Shown: positions 1-11,485 of the stretch, piece by piece | How the letters are laid out: each line of letters opens with the position of its first letter | How positions within the stretch are numbered: the stretch's first letter is position 1 | Assembly (NCBI GenBank): GCA_951406725.2 | Contig: OX597821.1 | Coordinates: 32,612,001-32,676,000 of the forward strand | Source: Octopus vulgaris | Taxonomy: Eukaryota | Direction: 5' to 3' | Length of the DNA stretch: 64,000 nt | The notes under the pieces: model-generated | The model's database searches: none | What the model was told of the DNA's origin: nothing | What the model saw: only the letters and a program-made list of their open reading frames with translations | Made by a program: the position numbers and the translations under genes

Positions 1-7
1 CCATCTA

Positions 8-69
8 TACATATAATAGAAATATTAAAATTAAAATTAATTTTGATTTTAATATTTCTATTATATGTA
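8..69. repeat. 62-bp AT-rich palindrome (fold-back)
   Basis: TACATATAATAGAAATATTAAAATTAAAATT|AATTTTGATTTTAATATTTCTATTATATGTA is self-complementary about 38/39 with one mismatch. Confidence 0.85.
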
Positions 70-140
70 ATTTTCTAGACGGTGTAATTTAATTGTTCAT
101 TTTGAATTGATAAAAGGTGTTTTTTTTCTAATATTTTAAC

Positions 141-182
<42 letters not shown>

Positions 183-313
183 TTGTGAAATTTGATTTAG
201 TATTTCTAAATTGAATTTTTCCCTGTAAGTTAGGAATAATATTCCCTCAAATAATTATTATGATATATATATATAACCTTGAACATCAACGCAAAGACAT
301 CTGCGATATTTAC

Positions 314-664
314 CTGGAAGAGCTTCTCCAGCATAGGTGCCATAGAATATGAATAAACTATAATCGAACAGGCCGAGCAGAACAGAAATTTATGAAATTT
401 ATGCTGCATCAGTGAGTTATTGTAACTTCCGTCTAAGTATGTCCAACTCGCACGAGAACGTTTCGTTTTGTATGTCACGTTTGGACCCACCCTCCGAGTT
501 TTCAAAGTTATGAACGGTATCATAGTCACCAAGGATAGGAAATAACAGATCACATCGCGGTTTGGAATGAATGACGGTCTTTGCTGTATCTGGAGCTCTG
601 TAACGTGCTTTTGATTCACGTCCTCATTTAATGGTGTCAGATATTTTGTTCTGTACTCTTCCAT
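314..664 (-). CDS. Probable first coding exon (117 codons, phase 0) of a host gene that continues left of the window; product unknown
   Basis: Non-repetitive ORF MEEYRTKYL...SMAPMLEKLFQ with protein-like composition. It is followed by a CAG|GTAAAT donor (GT at 313-312); the rest of the called ORF runs into TA-rich repeat. There is an in-frame upstream stop. Confidence 0.6.
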
Positions 665-3042
665 ATATACTTTCGCTATTAAGCAGTTCTGGTTATTATA
701 CCCTTCCCTCTATATTTTCTGTCACTGATTCAAATGATTTCGTTTTCTTAATTTTCAAAGGTTGAGCAAGTTCACTCTGGCCAAATTGATGACGTTACAT
801 TTCATACTTTCCTCATCACTCTTGTCTCGCACATTTACCTCACACTAAATATACTGTCTTTATAATTTCCTCTTCATAGTTGCAACGTCCCAGAATTCAC
901 TCGGACTTTATTTCATTCAGTGCATCAAATAATTAAGTTAAAAGGGAAAATTAACCGCCTCGATCTGAGAGATACTTCAACATTTATAGGCGCTTCATTT
1001 TTTAGTCATTCTCTTCCAATAGCTACTGATTTCGAAGATAATTACAATATCGGAAAGTCAACGGACCGTCGAATAGATCGGCTGAACACATAAATAGTAC
1101 TTATTTCATAAATATGCAAGGACAAAGGACTTAGTCGACTTCGGTGGGGCCTGAAATTAAAACATAAAGGGACATACTGAAATGCTTCAAATGATAATGC
1201 TTCTGCTCCTACATGGCGTCCTGAAACTAATAAATGTTTTTTTTTTAATTATAGGCAGGCCAGCGGAAGTTTTAGTACATTAAGCATATACGATTAAACC
1301 AGTAAAAGTATTTAAAAAGTACGTAAGACAGTAATGATGCAAAGTGCTGTTGTTTTCGCCAGGATTTCAAGCTAAAACATAGCAGGGATATAAGAAAATG
1401 CTATCAATCATCGATGTATTTCTATCACCCTCAGTTAACTTATAGCTTTAAAAGGCAGACTTTATCTGTTTCCCTCTTCAACAAGATCATCTAGTCTTGG
1501 AGTCCATCATATTGTAAACATTCCGACCCGATGTCCAATGTGAAAATGGCTGGATATTTTAATGAATTGATTGCAACCGTGGTAAACAATCATATGTAGT
1601 TTCCTGACTTGACACAGTATAAAATCATCTCCAGCGTAAGCTATAAACTAGCATGAAAATATCTTTCATGCTTTTGTTTCTGTCATTGTATCCAATTTTG
1701 ATGAGTTGAACGTCATTGGCACATATTGGTTCCAATCTACTTTTATTGTTCTTTATCCTTCTTGGAGTTTACAGTAGTTGCTGTTGTTAATTGTAGGAGA
1801 TTATTTAAACCCCAGATCGTCTTCGATGAAGCAAAGCCACGATCAAAGGTATTGAAGCCATCACCACCACGTCAATACTTTACCATAGTATACCTAAGAC
1901 TGTATTACCCTATGCATAGTCCTCTTTTTAAGATGTTGGATTGTATTCTAAGGGAATCTGGTTGTTACGTCATGCAGTTGGAAAGACAACACAAAGGGCC
2001 GATTGTTGGTTCGCACTGGAAGAGTACAAGAATAGAACATTCGATTTCATATGACGTAACTGTTCAGATTCCGTCTTGTTATGGTTGTTTTCTTTTAAAT
2101 TGGTGTCCACTCCATCAGTCCTGATCGGGCGGAATTATGTCTAAACAACGTTGCAGCCTTGATAGTTCCGTCCTATGTTTTGTGTACTCTGTACTCTGAA
2201 CAAGTACTATATAAACATTTAACATTTCATAAGGTAACAATATATGTAACGGAGATATAGTTGCTACATCTAGATGGTCGATGGCCGAAGTACGTCAATC
2301 TGCATTGGCTCGCATTTATAGATATATAATCACTGATAGTATACAAGGATTGTGTAAAATATAACTGATGAGATGTAATTCTGTTAAAATGAATATTGTT
2401 GTTACTTATATAGTTACTAGAGTTAGCAATGATAATGTTTCGTATTCATTTGGAAGCAGGTTCTTACATTTTCGGTTGCTCTTTTATTTATCTAATTATC
2501 TCGGTGTGCCTCATCAGTCTTCGTTTTTTTATTTACTTCGCCTCATTTAATAGATTGTTTTCATATTTTGGGGGGGCTTCTTTGCATTCTCTAGCAATTT
2601 GTAATTGCTTTCTTTTAATATAGTTTTGATACAGCTGAATATATATATGTATATATATATATATACATACATACATATGTGTGCGTGTGAGTGTGTGTGA
2701 ATGTTTGTGTGTACATACAAACACGTAAACATGTACACCTACGAATATATTATATAAATGTTTATATGTCAGTGTGTATGTGTGTGGGTGTATGTCTGTC
2801 TGTGTACATTTCAGAAAAATAGTTTAGAAGAAAAACGGTTATTTTCAGATAAACCATACAAATGCTCAACAGAAAATAGTGATGAAACGTTAATTCCCTG
2901 AAACCGATAGCATCCTTAACGACAGTCTCAAATTATACAAAAACATGCTAGTTATAGTTTTAAGTGGTTCTTGCTAATTATGTTCCACATCTACGACAGT
3001 AACCAACTAGTCCTTGATAATGTAGAGGTGGGGGGGAGGTAG

Positions 3043-3276
3043 GAGGCGAGCTGGCAGAAACGTTAGCACGCCGGGCGAAATGCTTAGCAGTATTTCGTCT
3101 GCCGTTACGTTCTGAGTTCAAATTCCGCCGATGTTGACTTTGCCTTTCATCCTTTCGGGGTCGATTAAATAAGTACCAGTTACGGGCTGGGGTCGATATA
3201 ATCGACTTAATCCGTTTGTCTGTCCTTGTTTGTTCTCTCTGTGTTTAGCCTCTTGTGGGTAGTAAAGAAATAGGTA
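3043..3276 (+). mobile_element. tRNA-derived SINE family A, near full length
   Basis: GGCGAGCTGGCAGAAACGTTAG head, B-box GAGTTCAAATTCC, central GACTTTGCCTTTCATCCTTTCGGGGTCGAT, tail GTAAAGAAATAGGT; direct repeat AGGTAGGAGGCGA at 3037-3049 and 3272-3284. Confidence 0.9.
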
Positions 3277-4234
3277 GGAGGCGATTGATCTCTATCTTGC
3301 TTGCTCTCTCTCTCTCTCTCTCTCTTTCCTTCCCTCCCTCACTTTCATTCTCCCTATCGACAACATCCTTAGGCGTATCCGAACTAAGGGACCAGATCAA
3401 GAGAGCTAGGTATCCACATTTTCGTTGTGGGTCTTATGCTCGTAACCCCCCCCCCCCCCCGATAGCAATTCCTGTATCTCGACAGCCATATAAGAGAGAG
3501 CAATCTCTTGCTGGAGTATATAAGGTTTTTCTTGGGTTATCCGCACTATCAAGTGCTCCAGCACCGACGTAGGGCATTGCATGGACATATGAGAATATGT
3601 CATAAGAAATGAGTTCCGATGACATGGCTCTTGAGGTTTATGGTCCCCAGTAACATGAAAGACGGAGAATCCCTGGCATACATCACAAAAAATCCCTTCG
3701 TGGGGGTCACAAGAAATTATTTGTCACTCATCCCATTCACATTCTCATCCAAATCTGATTCATCAAACTTTGAAGGACCTGAGTATGAAGGGATTCTCGG
3801 TTTGCCCTAACTTATCCAGAAAGCACCTCATCTGGATTTGTAACCATATTAACGTTACAAAGGTTACATGCTCAAGATTGTTATTCTGAACGTCTGTAGC
3901 CAGTGAGTGAGAAAATATGTCTGGCGTAAATAAGAAACGTAAGACTTCGTACTTGGCCTTTTAACTCGAGATCAAAATAATATAAACTTAAATCTTGACC
4001 AAAAGAACCTCTGCCGTCCTCTGCCAGTAACGGATCCCCTGTGTCCTGTTCACATTTCCTGCGCATGTCAAATTATAACCATCATTTAACATGGAAATGT
4101 ATGGAATTTTCCATTAACCGTACCACAAAGGCGCCAGGACAAAGACTGGCTAAAATATAGGTTAAATCGCTTGATATGTCAACGTCATAGTTTGTTACTG
4201 AACTGAAGCGTTTTCGAATTCTATGCACTCCTCT

Positions 4235-4310
<76 letters not shown>

Positions 4311-4313
<3 letters not shown>

Positions 4314-4574
4314 ATATATAACAAAAGACGAAGACAGGTGGTGTACAAAACAAACAGACGTATTAGTATAATGCTCAGGAATAGAAAAGTCTTTTACGTT
4401 TCGAGCCTACGCTCTTCAACAGAAAGGGACACAGAAAAAACAAGGAGGGAAACAAGGAGAGAAAAAAGGAGAGAAAAAAAGGAGAGAAAAAAGGAGAGAG
4501 AAAAATGTGTGTAATGGCTAACGATCTATCATGGCGACTGGCATCTAACGATCTATCATGGCGATCTATCATGG
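4311..4574 (-). mobile_element. Solo PLE terminal segment (pseudo-LTR) joined to (TA)n
   Basis: Reverse complement matches the 3' end of the PLE at about 29262-29468; carries a hammerhead motif. Confidence 0.85.
4389..4430 (-). ncRNA. Minimal type-I hammerhead ribozyme, A6U core variant
   Basis: Minus strand GUCCCUUU-CUGUUGA-A-GAGC(GUAG)GCUC-GAA-ACGU-A/AAAGAC: stem I, core, stem II, palindromic stem III, GUA cleavage triplet. Confidence 0.7.
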
Positions 4575-5127
4575 CACACACACACATATATATATATATA
4601 CGTGTGTGTATGTGTGTGTGTGTGTGTGTAGTCCTCCTACATATAAATATGTATGTGAGTGTGTATGTATGTGCATGTGTGTGAGTGTTTCTGCGCGCGT
4701 ATAAAATCTATGTACGTAAAGAGAGAGAGCGCAGGAGAGAAAGAGAGAAACAAACAAAAATAAATATGCTGGATGAACGAATGGACCGCGGGTTATATAA
4801 AATACACGAAAAACTGAAGAGCATGTACCTTTCTAGCTCTTGCTGCGAGAGCCCACCTTTCTATCTTCCCCAGTGTCTCATTGATTCCATATGGTGGCAA
4901 GAGATAAGCAAACAAAAAATACGAAATGTCTCTTGCTTGAAATTCTGTTGGTTTTGTTTTGTTTTGTTTTTTTATAAATACTGCAAGACGAATAAAATAA
5001 GGAAACTAAATCTATTAAGAGTTAAGTTTGGTTTCGACTAAAATAAACTAAATGGCTTCTGTTTTAATGTTCTAAAGTTGAGATCTAAAGCACACACTCA
5101 TGTATATAAGTATATATACGTATGTAA

Positions 5128-5206
<79 letters not shown>

Positions 5207-5344
5207 ACACACTTACATGCACACAAGCGTGTCTGTGTGTACATATATATATATTTACATACATATATACCTATCTGAGCCTACTGAAGTTGTTATAGTT
5301 GTAGCAGCTATTGCATTTCTGGTTTTAATATTGTTCTTATTGTT

Positions 5345-6200
5345 CGGCATTTCTTCCGTTTTTACTTTACGAGTTCAAATTCCACCGCGATCGACTTTGA
5401 CTTACATCTGTTCGGAGACAATAAAATAAGCACCAGTTGAATACTGGTGTAGATGCATTCGACTAACCCCTCATCCGAACTTGCTGGCCTTTTACCAGAA
5501 TTTGAAATTAATGTTGTTCTTATTGTTAAAACAGAGAACTGGCAGAATTGTGAACGCGTCAGATAAAGGCTTCGCTGCATTTCTTCCGACATATGTTGCA
5601 GGAATCAACTTTGCCTTTCACCTTCGATGTCGATAAAATAAGTATCAGTTGAGCACAGGTGTCGATGTAACCTATTTCTTTATTACCCACAAGGGGCTAA
5701 ACATAGAAGGGACAAACAAGGACAGACATAGGTATTAAGTCGATTACATCGACCCCAGTGCGTAACTGGTACTTAATTTATCGACCCCGAAAGGATGAAA
5801 GGTAAAGTCGACCTCGGCGGAATTTGAACTCACAACGTAACGACAGACGAAATACCGCTAAGCATTTCGCCCGATGTGCTAACGTTTCTGCCAGCTCGCC
5901 GCCTTACAGGTGTCGATTTAACCGATCAGTCCCTCCTTCAGAATCGCAGGCCTCGTGCATATAGAAGAAAGGAATATTGTTATTGCTGTAATGACTGCGA
6001 ACTGGAAGAATCGTTATCACTTTGCGCAAAATGCTCAGCGGTATTTCGTCCTTCTTTAGGTTCAAATTCCGCCAAGGTAGAGTTGCCGTTCAATTCGGTC
6101 AAGGTCGATAATATAAGTATCAGTTGAACACAGGGGTCGATGTAATCGACTAACCCCTGTTTTAAGACTGCTGGCCTTATGCCAAAATTTAAGACCAAAA
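5345..6200 (+). mobile_element. Cluster of three degraded, older family-A-related SINE copies (about 5345-5510, 5535-5960, 5998-6200)
   Basis: Diverged GTTCAAATTCC...GTCGATAAAATAAGTA...GGTCGATGTAATCGACTAA modules. Confidence 0.7.
5673..5905 (-). mobile_element. SINE family A, full length, nested in an older copy
   Basis: Reverse complement of the 3043 element; 18-bp TSD ACAGGTGTCGAT(G/T)TAACC at 5655-5672 and 5906-5923. Confidence 0.92.
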
Positions 6201-7240
6201 TTGACCTTAATGTTTCTGGTCATGTTTTTCATCATCACTACACTCACCGTCCTCTTCTGCATCTCTTCAAGCTTCTTCCTTATCTGCTTCTTGCTTCTAC
6301 TTTATCATGTCTTTTTCTTCGTTTTCTTTATTTCTTCCGTCGTTTTCATTCTCGTCTTTGTTCACTCCCCTTCTTCTTCTTCTTCTTCTTCTTCTTGCCT
6401 TTATCGTCTTCTTCTTCTTTTCCTTGTTTTGCAGTACCTTCTCCTTCCCTTCTTCTCTTCTCCTCACCATCTCATTCTCTTTATGCTTCATCTCCACTCA
6501 CTATTTTTCTTCATACCCGTTTCCCCTTCATTGTTCTACTACTTCTGACTTTTCTTCCATCTCATCCAACCCCATTTACATGAAACCAATTCATGCTTTC
6601 TCTTTCCTCTCCCCTCCTCTCTCTCTCCCAATCTCTCTCTCACTTTCATTCTTATCTAAATCCCTCTCCATTCCATCTTATTAAAGATTCTTCAATATTT
6701 CTTTCAAATAACACCCCACCTCATTCTATCTTTTATTATTTCCCATCATATAGAAAACCAACTCAAATACTATTTACATTTAGTTAGAAGACAGCGGCAG
6801 ACATAGAGTGAAGAGACAGACATGGCGGCTGTGTCTTTATATTACTTGTTGCCTACGGTATTAGCCGAACTTCGTCTTGAAAATAGGTTTTTCCGTGACT
6901 GCAACAGATTTTTGGTCAGCTTCCAAACAGTCGACATTGTAAGAAACCACAAAAGTGTCGATTTTATTCTATTGTCCACTTTAGTGTTTGTAATTAATGT
7001 TGTGATTGTATATACTTAATTAACTTAATTTCATTTTATGAAGTCTTGAGGTAATTAATTTGAATCTTGGACTTGGTTATTTTATTCATTCAGTTACTTT
7101 TATTATTATCATTTTTTTTTCAAATAAACCGATCTGATAGGTGCAGGTGTATAACTGTGTGAGAACGCGTGTGTACATGTGCGTGTATGTACACATATAT
7201 TCATACATATGTATACATATATACACAGATACATACACAA

Positions 7241-7309
<69 letters not shown>

Positions 7310-7312
<3 letters not shown>

Positions 7313-7915
7313 ACTTCTATCATTAGCGATATAGGTACTCATGTAGTACCCTTGTGTATATATGTACATATCTAATATTGTATGCATATATTTTATTAAT
7401 TTGCCTGTACGGCTGATAATTCGCTTACCACTTGTGATGGTATTTTAATAATACCATCCCTATATTTATTTATAAATAATTTTATGCATTTCGTTTGTTC
7501 GTACGGTGCTTGGTCACTTCAAACGAACTTTCGCAGGCATGATGGGGGAGAATGTTAGTAGTTATTTAGCTGGCGGACTTTGGCTGATGAGAAATCACGC
7601 GCCTAGGTGGCGCTAAATTTCGAAACCGGTACCAGGTTGACCAGCATTTACTTGTTCTGACCCATTTGAGGTAAGACATTATTATTGTTCACTGATATTT
7701 TTTCCTATCTTGTCTGTAATAGATTTGTGACTATTCAGTGGTACAGAAGTATTTTTTGACTTCTATCATTAGCGATATAGGTACTCATATAGTACCCTTG
7801 TGTATATATGTAGATATCTAATATTGTATGTATATATTTTATTAATTTGCCTATACGGCTGATAATTCGTTTACCACTTGTGATGGTATTTTAATAATAC
7901 CATCCCTATATTTAT
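7310..7915 (+). mobile_element. Hammerhead-containing partial tandem (446-bp period); PLE-associated or retrozyme-like
   Basis: A 160-bp direct repeat (7310-7469, 7756-7915) brackets a canonical hammerhead; the element begins directly after (TA)n. Confidence 0.7.
7579..7636 (+). ncRNA. Type-I hammerhead ribozyme, canonical core
   Basis: UUUGG-CUGAUGA-GAAAU..GCGCC(UAGGU)GGCGC..AUUUC-GAA-ACCGGU-A/CCAGG; predicted cleavage after A7631. Confidence 0.85.
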
Positions 7916-8775
7916 AAAAATATTTAAGGAATGAATAGTCTAAGGTGTCTTATTAATGAATGGGCGATGAAAAGCACTTACGGATATGGTTATAGTTTTT
8001 TTATATAAATATATCTGAGATATATATCAAATTAACTATTAATTGTCTAAATGAGAAAAGTAATGGACGAAGCAATTAGTGGAAAAGTAAACAAACGATA
8101 AACAAACGTTGCTAGACTCTAACGGAGTTAGGTAGCCGGATTGTATATTATGATATTAAAATACAAAGATAAATTATGCGTTAAAATAGGATTTAGGAAG
8201 TGTTATTTCGTTATGGGTAGATCTGAGTTATAATTTTAAGCTAACGAGTAAATATCCGAATTAGAAGAGCAAAGGTGAAAATGCCTGAGTTAAAATATTT
8301 CCAGATTTATTGACTACTACTGAAGTGGGGTAACTGAGCATTACATTTCAATGTTGGGGTGTAAAGATACATTTAGACACTTAAAATAAGGTTGGGGTTA
8401 TTATCAATAATAGATAGAAACAGAAAGTATTCATGATATAATAAAGGTAGAGCTTAAGGAACATAATCAACCATATGTGGTATTGTAATTGTATCAGGTT
8501 GTGAAGTTATAAAATTATAAACTTATATAATTAATTACAGTTACAATGGGAGTTATTCTGGCTAAGGTGGAGATGATGGGTTAGACATATAGGGTTTGAT
8601 GTCATAAGATGTATTTTAATCCACCAACTTGAAAGATTTAGTAACCCCATGGTAGAAACAGATGTAAGAGTTTAGTATTTGTACATTCATCTATTCTTAC
8701 TCGTTTATTTATATATGTATTTACGTATTTATTTGCTTGTTTCATTTGTTTATTTGGATCACTTACACACACATA

Positions 8776-9143
8776 TACTCTTTACTCTTTTACTTGTTTC
8801 AGTCATTTGACTGCGGCCATGCTGGAGCACCGCCTTTAGTCGAGCAAATCGACCCGGGACTTATTCTTTGTAAGCCCAGTACTTATTCTATCGGTCTCTT
8901 TTGCCGAACCGCTAAGTGACGGGGACGTAAACACACCAGCATCGGTTGTCAAGCAATGCTATATATATACAAGCAAACATATACACACGCATACATATAT
9001 ACGACAGGCTTCTTTCAGTTTCCGTCTACCAAATCCACGAGGCTATAGCAGAAGACATTTGCCCAAGATGCCACGCCGTGGGACTGAACCCAGAACCATG
9101 TGGCTGGTTAGCAAGCTACTTACCACACAGCCACTCCTGCGCC
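8776..9143 (-). mobile_element. tRNA-derived SINE family B (CORE-like), with internal deletions
   Basis: Head GGCGCAGGAGTGGCTGTGTGG, B-box GGTTCAGTCCC, CORE-like CTTGGGCAA, internal TA/TG tract, (TAAAAGAG)n tail. Confidence 0.9.
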
Positions 9144-9363
9144 TGTAATCAATTAATGATTGTAATCAATTAATAAATATATATAAATGAATGTTTACAA
9201 GCTGATGTTTGTCGATTGTTTATCCTCTCCATTTTCTTATTGAAATGATTGAAAGTGAAATGATTGAAACAAATAGCTAGCTCACTCTTTTACCTACCGA
9301 CCCTGTAGCCCTGATGGTAAATAATTATTTACTCTTAACATATTGGGCTTTTAGGCTATTGTC

Positions 9364-9759
9364 CAGGAGTGGCTGCGTGGTAAGTAGCTTGTTTACCAAC
9401 CACATGGTTCCGGGTTCAGTCCCACTGCGTGGCACCTTGGGCAAGTGTCTTCTACTATAGCCTCGGGCCAACCAAAGCCTTGTGAGTGGATTTGATAGAC
9501 GGAAACTGAAAGAAGCCCGTCGTATATATGTATATATATGCGTGTGTGTGTTTGTGTGTCTGTGTTTGTCCCCCTAGCATTGCTTGACAACCGATGCTGG
9601 TGTGTTTATGTCCCCGTTACTTAGCGGTTCGGCAAAAGAGACCGATAGAATAAGTACTGGGCTTACAAAAGAATAAGTCCCGGGGTCGAGTTGCTCGATT
9701 AAAGGCGGTACTCCAGCATGGCCGCAGTCAGATGACTGAAACAAGTAAAAGAGTAAGAG
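9364..9759 (+). mobile_element. SINE family B
   Basis: Same family as 8776-9143 in the opposite orientation. Confidence 0.92.
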
Positions 9760-9937
9760 CCTTGTTTTCTTTTCTTTTCCTTCTTCCTTTCTTTATATTG
9801 TATGCTCTTGTTTTTCACTCTGATGAAGATCCGTTGCCTTAATTGAAAAAGTTTATTCTCGCATTTATGTATAGACTGCATTTTGGCAATCCGATCAGCA
9901 ACGGCCGTAATATATGTTATGTCACCTATTTTTGCAT

Positions 9938-10009
<72 letters not shown>

Positions 10010-10171
10010 TATGCACATGTGTATGCGTGTGTATGTGGTGTGTGTGTGTGTGTGTGCGTGTGTGTGTGTGTACGCACACCCACAGAGGAAATGAGTTTTG
10101 TCTGCATCTTTGGGTTTTGTGTCAGTCCCTCCCTCCACCGCTTGACAATCGATGTTGCTTTGGTTAAGTGA

Positions 10172-10300
10172 AGGGGCGTGATTTATTGGCTAGGATATTC
10201 GGCAGATAATCGTAAGGTCGCGAGTTCAATTCTCGGTGGCGTGTTATGTCTTTGAGCAAGACATTTCATTTCAAAATGCTCCCGTCCACTCAGCCTGCAA
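10172..10300 (+). mobile_element. Old tRNA-headed SINE family D remnant (others at about 21238-21345, 54372-54480, 60676-61320)
   Basis: Degenerate A-box, GAGTTCAATTC B-box and TTGAGCAAGACA CORE-like motif shared among the copies. Confidence 0.55.
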
Positions 10301-10854
10301 GAATTACTAATACATGTATTTCAAAGACCTGCAATGTCACATTCTGTATCATGCTGAATCTCCCTGATCAACTGGAATCATCGTCGTCGAAATCGACGGA
10401 GTGTCAGTTTTTTTTTTTCTTTTGCTCTGTTTACATCTCCACAGCTTCCAGGTTAGGCTTAGTTTGTTCGAAACAATGTCCTCCCTAATGAATGCAACTA
10501 TTAAAAGACTAATATATATGAAGGTGGCAACAAACTTAGTTTTCAGTATTTTCCCATATCCATTTACATTTGGAATTTTAAACAAAATATGTTTTCCCTT
10601 ATCAGTTATATGTCCAGATATAATAAGTAAGCTATGTGTCAGGTGACCGAGTCAATACTATCGATTCAAACATCTCATAACCTTGTTCTAATGTTGGAAA
10701 TCAACATATTAAATATTAAATATTTTCTGCTCAGAAAAAAAAAATCAGTTTTATTTTTTGTAACATTTACATACATGCATGTACATATTCATAAACACAC
10801 ACTCATACATACGTGCGATCCATACACAAATGCATGAATGTATGTGTCATTTCT

Positions 10855-11243
10855 CTTCTTGCTTGTTTCAGTCATTAGACTGCGGCCATGCTGGGGCACC
10901 GCCTTTAAGAATCGAATAAATCGATCCAAGTACTTATTCTATTAGTCTCTTTTGCTTAACCGCTAAAACGCACTAAAGCTACTTATCAAGGAGTGGTAAA
11001 GGACAAACACAGACACGCGCACACACACACATGCACACACACACGCATATATATATATATATATATTCTTTTATTTGTTTCAGTCAACTGACTGCATCCA
11101 CGTTGGAGCACCGCCTTTAGTCAAACAAAACGACCCCAGGACTTATTCTATCGGTGTCTTTTGCCAAACCGCTAAGTTACGTGAACGTAAACGCACCAGC
11201 ATCAGTAGTCAAGCTATGGTGGGGGCACAAACACAGACACACA

Positions 11244-11250
<7 letters not shown>
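10855..11250 (-). mobile_element. Two degraded, partial SINE B 3' halves
   Basis: TTGTTTCAGTCA..GACTGC..CACCGCCTTTA motifs at about 10860 and 11075. Confidence 0.75.
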
Positions 11251-11297
<47 letters not shown>

Positions 11298-11299
<2 letters not shown>

Positions 11300-11485
11300 G
11301 AAAGTTTACGAAGAAAACAAAAGACAAAGACAGTGGTGTACAAAACAAACAGATGTATTAGTATAACGCTCAGGTACAGAAAAAGTCTTTTACGTTTCGA
11401 GCCTACGCTCTTCAACAGAAAGGAACACAGAAAAAACAAGGAGAAAAAAATGTGTTTAGTGGCTAACGATTTATCATGGCGACTG
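11298..11485 (-). mobile_element. Solo PLE terminal segment with A6U hammerhead (11385-11426), inserted in the internal (TA)n of a SINE B
   Basis: Near-identical to 4311-4560; minus strand CUGUUGAAGAGCGUAGGCUCGAAACGUAAAAGAC; (TA)n on both sides. Confidence 0.85.

Noticed and set aside
230-313. C-terminal part of the 144-aa ORF
   Set aside because: It lies beyond the splice donor and overlaps a TA-rich repeat terminus, so it is likely intronic
3355-4235. Moderately GC-rich 0.9-kb block as a possible exon or TE coding remnant
   Set aside because: I could recognise no long ORF or protein motif on either strand; left unassigned
9815-9865. CTGATGA...GAAA hammerhead candidate
   Set aside because: The core is present but stem II is weak and no stem I pairing is evident; at best a decayed motif
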